Below, in pieces: positions 1 through 19,003 of a stretch of 64,000 nt of DNA. Each line of letters opens with the position of its first letter. Position 1 is the stretch's first letter. The notes under the pieces were generated by a model, which was not told the origin of the DNA, ran no database searches, and worked only from the letters and a program-made list of their open reading frames with translations. The stretch lies in the NCBI RefSeq assembly GCF_009914755.1, contig NC_060935.1; one strand, 5' to 3'. This DNA is from the human T2T-CHM13v2.0 reference genome, Homo sapiens. Made by a program: the position numbers and the translations under genes.

Positions 1-177
1 AATTAGCTGGGCGTGGTGGCAGGCACTTGTAGTCCCAGCTACTCGGGAGGCTGAGGCAGGAGAATGGCGTGAACCCGGGAGGCGGAGCTTGCAGTGAGCT
101 GAGATGCACCACTGCACTCCAGCCCGGGCGACAGAGTGAGACTCTGTCTCACAAAAAAAAAAAAAAAAAAAAAAAAA
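1..177 (+). mobile_element. Alu (AluY-like right arm, cut by window edge) with poly(A) tail
   Basis: Alu right-monomer sequence with GGAGAATGGCGTGAACCCGGGAGGCGGAGCTTGC; A-tail to 177. Confidence 0.9.
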
Positions 178-187
178 TGTAAGTTTG

Positions 188-552
<365 letters not shown>

Positions 553-748
553 CTATTGTTAAATAAACTTGGTCAGTTGTTCTTGAGTTTTCCTCAGTCT
601 GAATTTTTCTGATGACAAGTCTGGGCTGTCCTTTATCATGTTCCTTTGTATCCTATAGTTCTTGTAAATTGGGCATTAGAGCTAAAGTTTTTAATACCTT
701 TTTAACCAAGTTAATCATTATTTGGAATGAGTGCACTGTGAAGATACA

Positions 749-1516
749 CAGGTGACCTTTAAACACCACAAGTTTGAACTGCGCAGGTCCACTTGGATTT
801 TTAAAAACAGAAGTTATACGAAGTGTGCTTGCCTCTCCTGCCTCTCCTTCCACCTCCTCCACCTCTGTGACCCCTGAGACAGCAAGACCAGCCTTCCTCC
901 TCCTCTACCTATTCAATGTGAAGATGACAAGGATGAAGACCTTTAGGATGATCCACTTTCACTTTGAATAGTATATATTCTCTTCCTTGTGACTTTCTTA
1001 ATAACATTTTCTTTTCTCTAGCTTACTTTAAGGTAGGAATACAGTATTTAGAGCAGACACGGTGGCTCATAACGGTAATCCCAGTACTTTGGGAAGCCGA
1101 GATGATTGCTTGAGACCAGCCTGGGCAATGTAGAGAGACCCTGTCTCTAACACCCCACCCCAAAAAAAGAAATTAGCTAGGCATGGTAGCATGCACCTGT
1201 GGTACAGCTCCTTGGGAGGTTGAGGTGGGAGGATCCATTTGAGCCTGGGAAGTTGAAACAGCATTGAACCATGATTATGCCACTGCACTTCAGCCTGGGT
1301 GAAAGAGCGAGATCATGTCTCAAACAAAAAACAAAAAACAAAAAACACTCTATATATAATGTAACATACGAAATGTGTGTTAATTGACTGTTATTGGTAA
1401 GACTTCTGGCCAACAGTAGTCTAATAAGTTTTAGAGGAGTCAAAACTTATATGTAGAATTTTGATTGTGCAGGGGGATTGATGCCCATAACCCCCACATT
1501 GTTCAAGGGTCAACTG
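749..1516. mobile_element. Tigger2a/MER28-like TcMar DNA transposon fossil, interrupted by an AluJ (~1051-1345, +)
   Basis: Terminal inverted repeats CAGGTGACCTTTAAACA (749) and TGTTCAAGGGTCAACTG (ends 1516) followed by TA; family name from memory of consensus. Confidence 0.75.
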
Positions 1517-1758
1517 TATTTGATAAATAGACAAGCAATATAATACAGTTTGAAGTTGTTCATCCTAATAGTAATAAAGCCAAAAGATTAAATACTGAAT
1601 TTTGTCTTTTAACTGACTTTAATGAGAGGTAGGGAAAACTGAAATGATGCACCAATATGTTAGTATGTCAGTAATGTTTTTTTTTCCCCCTTAGGTATAA
1701 CTGATAGTGCCTAGTCTAAGTAGATAAAGGTTGAGGACTAATATCTATAAAATACCTA

Positions 1759-2179
<421 letters not shown>

Positions 2180-3066
2180 TTATGATTTAAATGTGAGAGG
2201 AAGTTTTCAGAAACAAGCTACTGGAACTGTGGTGAGATCAGCACGGTGGGCAGAGCAACCGTGTGCTATCTGATTTGTAACCTTTATTTTGCACATAATT
2301 GAATAGCATATTTATTTGACAACCTTCAGGGGAAGGCAGAACTGCTTAGTTACATTCATGCTTCTAGGAGAAGCAACATTCTAATAGAATGATAATTTCA
2401 GGGAAAATATACTAGTAAAATCAATTTACCTTAGGCCTTATAAGGAGGATAAAAAGAAAAATCGATCATGTTTACTGCAACCATTGTCAAGGTTTTAAAC
2501 TACAGGTCCAGTGCTACCTTGAAAGCCTTGGGCGACCCTCCTCAGTCACTAGAACTGTTGATTATCTTTTGCTGTGTGCTCTCATTCATTCACCCATGAC
2601 GCCTTCTTGGGGACCCATTCCCACATAGACACCTAATGCCTAGTTGACCGTAAGTCTTGCCATCATCCTAGCAGAGTAGACCAAGGTTGAGCACCTGATC
2701 CAAGGGCAGCTTCCCTGGAGGCTAATGAGACTAACTTTGTTCAAAAATCAGTTTGGCCAATCAAATTCTATATAGGTAAATTTAAATTATGAGGAGCGTC
2801 AATTAAGAAAGTACAGAAACCAGCCTGTAGCATAAAGAGTGGAATGGACTACAGCAAGCAGAGATGTGACAAGAGGGATCCTGTGTGTACAGGAGCAGTA
2901 GCCGACCTCTAGAGTGGCTGCCACCTTTCTCCCTCCAAGTCCTATGTCCTTGCAGTGAACTCCCTTTACCTTAACGTAATTTGAATTTCCAGTCCTTGCA
3001 GCCAAAGATCAAAATGGAATGTGTCTATATGTATTTTTTGAATATTGAAACAGTACAAAACATTAA

Positions 3067-3493
<427 letters not shown>

Positions 3494-3643
3494 TAATCTT
3501 TTAAGGAAGGTTCTAGCCTGCTTCCTCAGGGAGCTTTTAAAACTTGTCTGGCATCACCCTCCCCGGAGTTTTGGATGATACTTTTCCAACCCCTGCCCCT
3601 GAGATTCCAAGTTGTATTTGTAGTCAGGGCTGAAAAACACTAG

Positions 3644-4009
<366 letters not shown>

Positions 4010-4249
4010 ATTCTTTGTAGATCTTAACAGTTCCATTTAGTTGAGTATCTTAAGGGTTTTTGGTGTTTTTTCCTCCAAAAAGTGAATCTTCACCAGAGAA
4101 CTTCTGTTTTTGTCTTTTTTTTTTTTTTTTTTAAAGCAAAGACTTTAATGTGCAAGTTAGTAAATGGTTTGAGGGTCTGGTATTGCACTCGGCCTTCAAT
4201 ACGTTAGCAATAACTACCCACATGTGATCTATTTAGAAGCAGTGTTTGA

Positions 4250-4586
<337 letters not shown>

Positions 4587-4669
4587 AACTTTTTTTAAAG
4601 CTGAGGAAATGAGAGAAGGGGAATAAACTTTGTGTAGCTACAAACAGGATGGCAAAATTAAATTTCAAA

Positions 4670-5880
4670 GAACGGGCGGGGAAGGTTTCAGATGCAATGG
4701 CTTCTTATTCCTTCTTTTGACTGACCCGCGCCTTCTCCGCCTCCCTTTCTCCTCGCGTCACCCGCACCAGCGGCTGGGATGCGGCGGCGCGTTCCGTCTT
4801 TCCGTATGGAAACATGGCGCCTAGGGGCGGGCCATCCCCAGCTTCGAGCCACCGCCAGCTGAGACTCATCGGCGGGCACTCGGCCATGCCTCTCGCGTTT
4901 CCGTACGAAAACATGGCGCCTCACTGCGTGCGGCGGGCGACTCTTGGCTGGGAGCCACTGGCCACGGAGCCCCCTGAGCGGTCATCGGCCATGTTTTCCA
5001 CCTCTCCCTGAGGAAACACGGCGCCGCCCAGCTGCGAGTCACCGCTTACTGAACCCCTTCGGCAAGCAGGGGAAAGACCCTCCCGCCTTTCCGTACGAAG
5101 ACATGGCGCTGCCCTATATTGGGCTGGCGCCTCCCGGCCAAGAGCAGTCTCCTCCTTCCTGATGCTGAGAAGCGGCCGCTCTGACCGCTGCCCACCCGAG
5201 TCGGGCTGGGAGGACCGCCCGCCGCGTGGCGAGGGATGCGGCCTCGGAGGGGCAGAGGCTGAACCGCCCCTGCCTGCCGCGCATCCCTCCGGCTTCCGCC
5301 GCGGCGCCAGCCCGCGCCTGATTCGCGGCGGGAGCGGCAGGAGGGAGAACGCCGACTCCGTGGCAGGTGAGAGCGGGAGCTGGGGCGGAGGCTGGCGGGG
5401 CCCGTCCGGGAGGCGCGCGGTCCAAGTCGCAGGCATCTCTTCGCCTCTTCCCGTCGGATCCCATCCCGGGATGTCGGGGGCAGGCGAGGAAGAGGCGGGG
5501 TCCGCGGGCGGGTGGAGCTCACCCCTCGAGGCTGTCCTCTCGGCGCGCCCGCGTCCTCCCCTACTCCCGGCCCTGCCACTCCCTCGCTGGCCTGAACAGC
5601 TGTTTACAACGGAATCCGGACGCCGGGCGCGAGTGGAGCTCAGTGCCAGAGGAGGGGATTCCCGGCGCCGGGGTCAGAGCCCCTTTTTTCTTTTGCCGAA
5701 AGACCCTTTCTGCTGGGGAGCCTCTTGTGTCCAGCCTAGGCCCGCGTGCAGCGCCGACGGATGACCGTCTTCTTGGCAAGTGCGAGGATCCTCCTCCCCT
5801 CGGCTCTCTTTTTAGACACAGTGGGGGTTGAATGGATGCGCGCGATATAAGCAAATTAAATGGTTCGTGGCCGCATCCTA
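4670..5880 (+). promoter_or_regulatory. TCP11L1: CpG-island promoter of TCP11L1 with GC boxes, YY1-type motifs and a CArG box
   Basis: Very high GC and CpG density; GGGGCGGG at ~4824; repeated ACATGGCG (reverse of YY1 CGCCATNTT); CCTATATTGG at 5113-5122; splice donor at 5367. Confidence 0.9.
5130..5366 (+). other. TCP11L1: TCP11L1 non-coding exon 1 (5' end approximate)
   Basis: Donor GGCAG|GTGAGA at 5366/5367 inside the CpG island; TSS not determinable from sequence. Confidence 0.65.
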
Positions 5881-7041
5881 GAGCCCTTTAATTAGAGTTA
5901 CCATTTGTAGAAGGCCTGCCGTGCACAATCCCTCGTTTCATCTCCCCCCAAACCGAGCAGGTAGGTAGCTGTGTTTTACAGAGGAGGACACTGAAGTTAC
6001 ACAGCTAGTAAAGAGCCAGAATTGGGGCCCAGGTATGTCTGAAACCAACGCCCAGCCTCCCAGATACAGTGACATCACAGAGATGACGTAGGGATTCATC
6101 TCTATCAACAGATACTTGTGGGTGTCTATTTGGGGGATATACAGATGGAGCATAAGTGGGGAATATGACTGGTCCTGGCTCTTAAGAAGTTCGAAATCTA
6201 GGTGGGGAATTTTAAAATAAAAACTAGCACTTTTACCATCTGGCCCCAACGCATCTTTCCATCATCTCTAGCCACTTCCTTTTCTCATTTTCTTGTGCCT
6301 TGGCTTCTGCCCTCTGAGTGAAATGCCCTCCTTTTCACCTCCTCTCCCCCTCCTCTCCCCCTCCAGACGTGTTTTAACTAGGTGAAATCCTACTCCTTTT
6401 AAAGATCAGTTCAAATGTCATCTTTTCTGGGAAGGTTTTCTCAATCTCCTCCCAGGCAGAGTTAGTTTCTTCCTCTGCTATATTCCCTGGGCAATTTCAT
6501 AATGCCACTTAAGTTTCATTATGGCTCCTTGTAAGCCTGTCTGCCTCCCCCTCTAGACTATGTATTTGCATCTTTCTATTTAAATAAGCACGCTTTGAAT
6601 TGAATTTAAGGCAGTGACAAATGCCAAATGTCAACTAGCCAGCCCTGCAGGAGTTGAGAAAGGTGCAATCACTGGTGAGGTCCGGGAAGTGTCCTGGGAA
6701 GAGACAGGACTTGAACTCAATCTTAAGGATGGGGTTAGTTTACTAAGCTGAGCATTAGAGACCTAGAAATCCTCCCTTTCCTCCTCACTGCACAGAATGA
6801 ATTACTTCATCCCTCCTGGGCTCCTTCTCAGCATGTGAAGATAATAAAATTAGCAGCGTTTTGTTTGTCGTTTCTCACAGAATATGCTGGTAATGTTATC
6901 CTTTGGATCTTGGAGCATTTCCTGACCCTAATAGGATTTAGGACACAGAGGAGATGGGTGTCTCCAGTGGGGTGTTGGAAGCTAAGATGGGTCTCGAAAG
7001 GGAAAATACATGAAAACAACTTTCATATTAATACAGGCCTG

Positions 7042-7349
7042 GGCCAGGTGCAGTGGCTCACGCCTATAATCCCAGCACTTTGGGAGGCTGAGGCGGGCGG
7101 ATCACTAGAGGTCAGGAGTTCGAGACAAGCCTGGCCAACATAGTGAAACCCCATCTCTACTAAAAATACGAAAATTAGCGAGGCGTGGTGGTGGGCGCCT
7201 ATAATCCCAGCTACTGGGGAGGCTGAGGCAGAAGAATCCCTTGAACCTGGGAGGCAGAGGTTGCAGTGAGCTGAGCCGAGATGGTGCCACTGCACTTCAA
7301 TCTGGGGAACAGTGCAAGAGTCTGTCCCCAAAAAAAAAACAAAAAAACA
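7042..7349 (+). mobile_element. Alu
   Basis: Full dimer; TSD ACAGGCCTG. Confidence 0.9.
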
Positions 7350-7695
7350 GGCCTGAATATTTCAATCCCAGTAACTTCATTCTATTTAATGGAGTTCTCT
7401 GAAATTTCACATAATTCTATCAGGTGATTCTTCACCTCTCTCTAATATGCAGAACACAGTCTGCCAAACTCCCTAAATCAGTTGACATTTCTTTTGATCA
7501 CCTGATTACCTTCCATGTGTGTAAGAAAGTCTAATTAGTGTTTATGAAAATGTTTTGTGATCTTCAAGTGCTGATGTTACAAATGTTAATTATTTTCAGC
7601 AAATGCAGAAACATTGTGTCTTCTCTCCCAGAAACACCCTAGGAAAAGGGAGAGTGGAGGAATTGACTAAAACTTTTACTGTAATTAAAACAGGG

Positions 7696-7949
7696 TTTTT
7701 TTGTTTGTTTGTTTGTTTTTTTAGACAGAGTCTCAGTCTGTCGCCCAGGCTGGAGTGCAGTGGTGCGATCTCGGCTCACTGCAAGCTCTGCCTCCCGGGT
7801 TCATGCCATTCTCCTGCTTCAGCCTCCTGAGTATTTGGGACTACAGGCACCGCCACCATGCCAGGCCAATTTTTTAATATTTTTAGTGGAGACGGGGTTT
7901 CAGCGTGTTAGCCAGGATGGTCTCGATCTCTTGACCTCATGATCCGCCT
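7696..7949 (-). mobile_element. Alu (AluY-like, 5' truncated)
   Basis: Reverse Alu with GCAAGCTCTGCCTCCCGGGTTCATGCCATTC. Confidence 0.85.
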
Positions 7950-8150
7950 GTTTTAGGCCTGTTTTAGGCTGGGCACGGTGGCTCATGCCTGTAATCCCAG
8001 CACTTTGGGAGGCCCAGGCAGACCTTTTATTAACTGCTCCAAAGCACAGTGTCAAGTGTTATTGCTATTCTGATCAGCAACTAATAAAAAGCCCACCCAA
8101 CTGCATACATTATGGTTGTTTGCAGCTTCTTACTCACAATCTTTTTCCTA

Positions 8151-8851
<701 letters not shown>

Positions 8852-9345
8852 TCACATGATAATATCAAGGAATCAACCCTTTAGCCCAGTGTATTCACTT
8901 GTAAGCCCAATTAAAAGCATTATTTCCAAGGAGTTTACCTATCTGCTCTTAGGAATGAAAGTAAAGAATTTAAGATTGAATCACTGATTAAAATTGTAGC
9001 AGCAGGTAGTTTAGAGTGTGTCTTCTAATAGTTTAAGGCCCTGTATTCTTGAAACATGCTACTTAGGAGTAGGACAAAAATATTCCAACTAACTACTACG
9101 TGAGATCCAGAAATCTGATAAATTACAAATGTCATTTTACAAGTATCTGTTTAGTCATTGAAGTAGAACATAGCTGGATAAGATCTTAGCAAGCTCATTT
9201 ATTCTACAAACGAGAAAACTGAAACCCAAAGAGGTTAAATGATTTGCCCTGAGTCACATTGCTAGTTGGTGACAGAGCTAGAATACTTTTAGTTCTTTTT
9301 TTTTGTTTTTTTCTTTCCTAGGAAAGTGAATAAACTTAATTGAGA

Positions 9346-9508
9346 ATGTCTGAAAACCTTGACAAGTCCAATGTAAATGAAGCAGGAAAATCAAAATCCA
9401 ATGATTCTGAGGAAGGCCTCGAAGATGCTGTGGAAGGTGCTGATGAAGCCTTACAAAAAGCAATAAAGTCAGACTCCTCCAGCCCCCAAAGAGTGCAGAG
9501 ACCTCACT
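9346..9508 (+). CDS. TCP11L1: TCP11L1 coding exon 1 (exon 2 begins 9322): [14 protein letters not shown]...QRVQRPH
   Basis: Acceptor TTTCCTAG|G at 9321/9322; in-frame TAA at 9331; ATG 9346; donor CT|GTAAGC; 163 nt. Confidence 0.96.
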
Positions 9509-10644
9509 GTAAGCAAATTTGACTTTGGTTAGATGCAATATTGTCATTGTTTTCAGGTGACGGTTTTATGAGGCCTCCTTGTGCATGTGGCCGTGAGCTA
9601 GGTTCTAATAATATAACATTGCCAATGTAGCATTTAGGAATAATAGCAGTTCCTCAGCTGGCAGCCTAGCTACTTGTGGATTTTCAATTGCATGGGAAAT
9701 TAACAATTTAGAATAATGTCCAGAACGTTCCTGTCTTTCTCCAGCCTCAGTGACACTCCAGTCTCTGAAGTGCTCTGAGAAATAGGAGGGTGGAGTATAA
9801 ATTGCAGCTTGTATTGAAAGAGTGTTTGAAAAGTCTGAGGCTAATTCCAGCCAGGACTGTGCTTGTGCAGGTTAAAAAAAAATGTGAGTAAGTTCACCAC
9901 ACCCTAATTCTCTGCCTGGGGGCTTAGTTCCCACAAGCTTGAGGGGATTCAGTTTGCTAAATGTGTGTGGTGAAGTCATTTCAGATCCCTGGCAAGGAGC
10001 AAGCCTCTTAAATGAAAGGGTGGCAATATCTTCAGGCATTCCCAGTGGTTGCCTCAACTCACGTCTTTTATGAAGAGTACCTTAAGCATTTTGAAGTGAG
10101 TCCAAAAATGCAAGTTTTTAAGAGGGAATGTCATAGTCTAAGAATGTCGGTATTGATGTTATCCCTTTAAATTGTAGATGATCAGTAGTTGTACGTATTT
10201 GGAAAAAGTACAGACATTTTTGGGTTTTGGGGTGTGTTTCTTCTAAAATGATCAAAGCCCTTCCCGGGCAATTTATTAGTCAACATACTATTCTTCTAGC
10301 AAACATTAATGGACCCTATTTTATTCTGATTTATTATCACATAGATTTTAATAAATCAACTATTAGGTCAAATTGTGTCCAAGGAAACATGTTGTTGCTA
10401 GCACAGTCTATCATGCATTTGTCAGGCCTGACTCCAATATGTGTAGTTAGAAAGCTTCTGTTTTCCTGTCTTTAAAATGAGGAAAATACAATATTTCTTG
10501 GGGTAGCAGTAAAGATTAAATGAATTCCTATAAGGCACTTAGAACAGTGCTTCACAGGTAATAAATGCTTAATAAACATTAGTTGTTGTTACTACTGTTG
10601 CTACTAACATTATGTCATCTATTGCATTTAAAGATGCCAGGATT

Positions 10645-11118
<474 letters not shown>

Positions 11119-11241
11119 GGCCAGGATTGATTGCTGTAATGTAGATGTATATGGCTAACATGATAGCTTTACAACCTATAGTTTCTGCTAAAGAAGAACT
11201 TTTGGTTTAGGTCTTCAGTCACCCTTTATTGGTTGGTTGGT

Positions 11242-11835
11242 TGTTGGGATGGCCAGACCCAACGTGGAGGTGACGAAGTCCAGTGGAGTCAAAAGAATGA
11301 AAAAGACAAGTTTAAGAGTGCATAAAGTGGGTCCGGGGGCCAATGCTAGTATGGAGGCTGCGAAGGCCCCGAGCTCTGGAAGCCTGCACTATTTATTGGT
11401 GATGAAACAAAGAAGCAGGTGGTGAGGATGTGGGGGTTGAAAGAAAGCAGTGTATCAAGCACATGATCTACAGCTGTGACGGTTTAGCATTTTCTTTGCA
11501 GCATATGGAACATGTTCTGCTACTTGAGATAATGGGAAACATGTTCTAGTTTAAGATACAATAGATCTATGAGCCTAGGAGTGCTAGAAGCAAGGAGCCA
11601 GCAAGTCTAGACACATTCCAGAGGCCACGCCCTGAGCCCTGGATTCCATTCAAGCCACGAAGGGTTTTATGCCCTGGGCTTAGATTATGGTGCTGCAGGG
11701 CAGCCTTCTGCCCTTTAGCACAGAGCTTGGTGTTCCCAAGGCCATGAGGGGTTTTAGACCCTGGACCCTGGACATGTTCCAAGACTCTTTTACATTATGT
11801 GAGACATGCAAGCCCTGCTTTAGCTTCTCCCAACA
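11242..11835 (-). mobile_element. ERVK-class solo LTR (LTR14-family-like)
   Basis: TGTTGGG...CCCAACA termini; perfect 6-bp TSD GTTGGT (11236-11241, 11836-11841); AATAAA on minus strand at 11392-11397; subfamily from memory. Confidence 0.8.
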
Positions 11836-12512
11836 GTTGGTTGATTGGTTTTAATTTTTTTAAACAATTTTAACTTTTATAGGTTCAGCCATTCTTTGGT
11901 TGATGGCTTCGCCTTTGGCATCTTGTCAGTCTGATGGCATGATTCCAAATTAATGTCAAACCAGTACTAAGCTACATTATCTGAAATTGTGTGTAGTTAT
12001 GCCCTTAAGGCAAGAATACTTATCCTGGGACCTATGATCAAGATTTAGGGGATCTAGTAATAACCAAAAAAGTATATCAACATTTGTTTGTATATGCATG
12101 TTTTTAGGAATAAGGTCGTGGAAGCTTTCATTAAGTTCTCTTAGTAGTCTGTACCAAAATAAGGTTTAAAATCAATGCCCTAAGGTATTCCTTTTGGCTG
12201 CCTTCCTATTTCTCCTGTAGTGCTAGGTAGGTATAGGGCTATAAACCCAAAAGATAAAGCTAAGACCTCATTATCTGGGCATCAGGTAAGGAAGCATTAT
12301 TGAACACATAGAGCATAAATAAGGATTTACAAAATATGGAATTAACAGTTTACAGACATTTCCCCCAAACTCTGTAAATTTGTAGCTACTGAGTTTAAAG
12401 TAACTCTAAAATCATATTTGGAATTCTACAAATTAAAACGTAAGTAGCAAAAAGAGAACATTTATTGTTTTAAATTATAACACAGAGTAATACTTTAAGA
12501 GTGGAGTTGCTA

Positions 12513-12802
<290 letters not shown>

Positions 12803-14542
12803 GAGTAGAATTCTGATGTAACCGATGCAGAATATTGAAAAAGGAAAAATGGCTGGCTTGTAAAAAATTTATTGGTACTGATTTGAGGTGGTGATTTGAT
12901 TGTAAAAGATTATCTGTTCTTTAAACAGAGTAAGGATCAGTCAACTGTAACTTAACAATGTTTTCTCTAAAATCTTCTACTACTTATACTTTAATGCTCT
13001 TCTCACAAAATACCCTCTGTTCTAACGTTTAATCACCTAGTTGACCAGTAAAAGATGCTATATTCAGATGACAAACATCAATTGTTATTCCAGTTAATAT
13101 CTCCCACTTAGGACCTTTGTTTATTGGATCAGGTCCTTGTGAATTTAATTAGTAGATCCCAGTCATCTTTAGATGAATAGATGACACGAGAACTTACATT
13201 TCTAAAGCTCATAACTAGACTTTGAATTATGGTGTCTCTGTATTCAGTCAGTCAAATATTTATTGAGTGCATACTGTATGTCAGGGATCCAGCAGTGAAC
13301 CAGGCACATATTGTCTCTGTCCTCATGGAGCTTGCAGGCTAGCGACCAGGAAGACAAATTAACAAGCAGTTTCCAACAACATAATAAGTACTATGGGTAA
13401 TCTGTACCCTGGTTTTACTGTGCTCATTCTATAGTAGCTGTTTGGGTGACAGTTGCAATCTTGCCCTCCATAAATGTCCGTCCACTTATGTAACTAACAG
13501 CATCTTTTCAGAGTGTATAGGCATCTCAGGACACCTTAGTAAAGATAGAGAGTACAACCATTCTAAATTAGAACTTCATTTTATTTTGGAATCTGTCTGC
13601 CAGCCTCTCTAAAGTCATGTTTAACCTAATATGGTTTTCAGTTTCTCTAACAGGGCATCAGTGCGCAAATGCTGTAACAAAATAACAAAATTTAGCAACA
13701 ACTTTAGCTTTGTATCACGTAAGATAAACTCCAGGGTAAGTTACATGTATCTTTACATTTTTTTTTTTTAAGACCGGATCACTCTATGTTGCCCAGGCTG
13801 GCCTTGAACTCCTGGGCTCAAGTGATTCACCCACCTCAACCTCCCTAGTAGCTGAGACTACAAGTGTGCACCACCATGTCTGAGTTGACCTTACCATTTT
13901 TCATGGCTCTTATTACAACCCAGGTTCTCTTAACAAATTGAGGTGAAGACGTGTTGTCCACCAAATTGCATCTTTATGCAATTTTATGCAATCCTTACCA
14001 AGTTTTCATTTATGAAATTGGTAAATTTGAGAACTCTCACAAAACAAAATCCCCACAACCCTATAATTTGTATGCAGTGAATAATTCCTCTGTATGTACA
14101 TCGGTAACATGTCCTGATCATATCTTAGAACTGTAGCTTTTATCTATCATGATCAGATACCTGTCATTGATAAGTTTGATTTTAAGTAGTCTCTTAACTT
14201 GGACAGTTCCTGAAAATTTTCTTCTTCCTAATGGTGAGGTTCTTAGTACTTGGTGCAAGCTGTTTTTTTCCAAGTATGCCCAAAACACTGAGAATGCACT
14301 TGTTTAAAATTCAGAGGATTCTTATATTTCATAGCACACCCTTAAGTCTCTTCTTTTTGCATATGGAGAAACACTGACCCTGCAAGATTTAAGTGACTTG
14401 TTCAAGGCCGTACTCAACAGAGTCCAGAGGAAGTGAAATTCCTTCCTGATTTGCTCCAGCCACTGTGTTTCATGACTAGGCAGCATAGTAACGGTGCCTA
14501 TTATTACCCAGATGACTAAAATTATTGGGAAATAACAAATCC

Positions 14543-14877
<335 letters not shown>

Positions 14878-14912
14878 TCATAAATTTCAGATGGTAAGAC
14901 ATTGATTATTTT

Positions 14913-15857
14913 TGAAGGGGTGGCCTGCCCCTCCACAACCTGTGGGTGTTTCTCGTCATGTGGGACGAGAGACTGAGAAAAGAAATAAGACACAGAGACA
15001 AAGTATAGAGAAAGAAAAGTGGGCCCAGGGGACCTGCACCCTGTCTCTGAGTTCCCTCAGTATTTATTGATCATTATCTCTACCATCTTGGAGAGGGGGT
15101 TGTGGCAGGACAATAGTGTAATAGTGGGGAGAGGGTCAGCAGGAAACCTGTGAACAAAGGTCTCTGTGTCATAAATAAGTTTAAGGAAAGGTACTGTGCC
15201 TTGATGTGCACGGATACAAACTTCTGGGTGCATTAAAGAGCAGTATTGCCGCTAGCACCTCACCTCCAGCCCTAAGGCAGTTTTCTCCTATCTTAGTAAA
15301 TAGAACATACAATTGGGTTTTACACCAAGACATTCTATTGCCCAGGGATGAGCAGGAGACAGATGCCTTCCTCTTATCTCAGCTGCAAAGAGGCCTTCCT
15401 CTTTTACTAATCCTCCTCAGCACAGACCCTTTACAGGTGTTGGGCTGGGGGATGATCAGGTCTTTCCCTTCCCAGGAGGCCATATCTCAGGCTATTGCAT
15501 GGGGAGAAACCTTGGACAATACCTGGCTTTCCTAGGCAGAGGCCCCTGCTGGAGGGCCTTCCGCAGTGTATTGTGTCCCTGGGTACTTGAGGTTAGAGAA
15601 TGGTGATGACTTTTAACAAGCATACTGCCTTCAAGCACTTTTTTTAACAAAGCACATCCTGCATAGCCCTAAATCCATTAAACCTTGAGTCAACACAGCA
15701 CAGGTCTCTGCTGTGAGCACAGGGTTGGGACAAGGGTTACAGATTAACAACATCTCAAGGCAGAAGAATTTTTCTTAGTACAGAACAAAATGGAGTCTCT
15801 TATGTCTACTTCTTTCTACATAGACACAGTAGCAGTCTGATCTCTCTTTTCCCCACA
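14913..15857 (-). mobile_element. HERV-K(HML-2) solo LTR, LTR5A/LTR5B type
   Basis: Minus strand begins TGTGGGGAAAAGAGAGATCAGACTG and ends GCAGGCCACCCCTTCA; 945 bp; flanked by ATTTT direct repeat. Confidence 0.9.
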
Positions 15858-15942
15858 ATTTTTTGCAAAAGCAAGGTTAAAAAACTTGGGAGCCCTAATA
15901 ATCTCTGAGTTTCTTCTTAAGGGGTAAGACCTTGGTGGAGTT

Positions 15943-15982
15943 TAATAACACCTGATGCTTGATAATAACACCTGATGCTTGA
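15943..15982. repeat. Perfect 20-bp tandem duplication
   Basis: TAATAACACCTGATGCTTGA x2. Confidence 0.9.
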
Positions 15983-16199
15983 TATTGATGTACCCACAGT
16001 GGAAGTTTCATTTTCTGATAACTGATAACAGAAATAATTTAAAAATAAGCATATATTTATACATATGTATATATACAGGAGATCCCTACTGAACTGGGTG
16101 CGCACCTATAGTCCCAGCTATTTGGGAGGTTGAGGCCACAGTGAACTGTGATCACCACTCTCCAGTTTGGGCAACAGAATAAGACCCTATTTCAAAAAA

Positions 16200-17610
<1,411 letters not shown>

Positions 17611-17615
17611 TACCC

Positions 17616-17800
17616 ATAGAGGGGAATAAGAGACACTGGGGTCTACTGGAGAGTGGGAGGAGGGAGAGGATCAAGAAAAATAATGAGTACTAGACTTAAT
17701 AACCGGGTGACAAAATAATCTCTACAACAAGCCCCCGTGACACGAGATTACCTGTATAACAAACCTGCACATGTACACCTGAACTTAAAAGTTAAAAAAA
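17616..17800 (+). mobile_element. L1PA-type 3' end fragment
   Basis: ACAAACCTGCACATGTACACCTGAACTTAAAAGTTAAAAAAA is the L1P 3' terminus. Confidence 0.8.
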
Positions 17801-18189
17801 ATTTTTTTAATTGAAAAGATATATTGGGCTTTGATTTTGGATATTTACTATATTTTAGCAATATCAACAAAGCCAGATTTATTTATTCTGTATTCTTATT
17901 CATATTCTTTGGAAATGCTGAGAATGTTGTGAGGAAGAATTCTGAGTTTTCCCAACTTCCCCTTGTGACCAAATAAAGTTTTTTACCAGGCAGGATATGA
18001 CCAGCTCTTCGATTTGGTTCCTCTTTTTTTTTTCTTTTTTTTGGTGCGCAAAAGAAAAAGGAAAGAAAATAACTTTTCACCAACGTAAGAAGATCTTTTA
18101 AACCTGGGCAAACCAGTGACATTACTTATCTAATTTTAAGGCCAGATCTTATCACTATCACATAAAATTAATATATTCATCTTCTAGGC

Positions 18190-19003
<814 letters not shown>

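Noticed and set aside
4688-5854. Long overlapping ORFs (up to 200 aa) on both strands
   Set aside because: Expected stop-codon scarcity in a very GC-rich CpG island; low-complexity Arg/Pro/Gly/Ala products
15206-15535. 109-aa + strand ORF
   Set aside because: Lies antisense inside the LTR5 solo LTR
17880-18130. Unique-looking intronic block that might be an enhancer
   Set aside because: No sequence-only evidence strong enough to call
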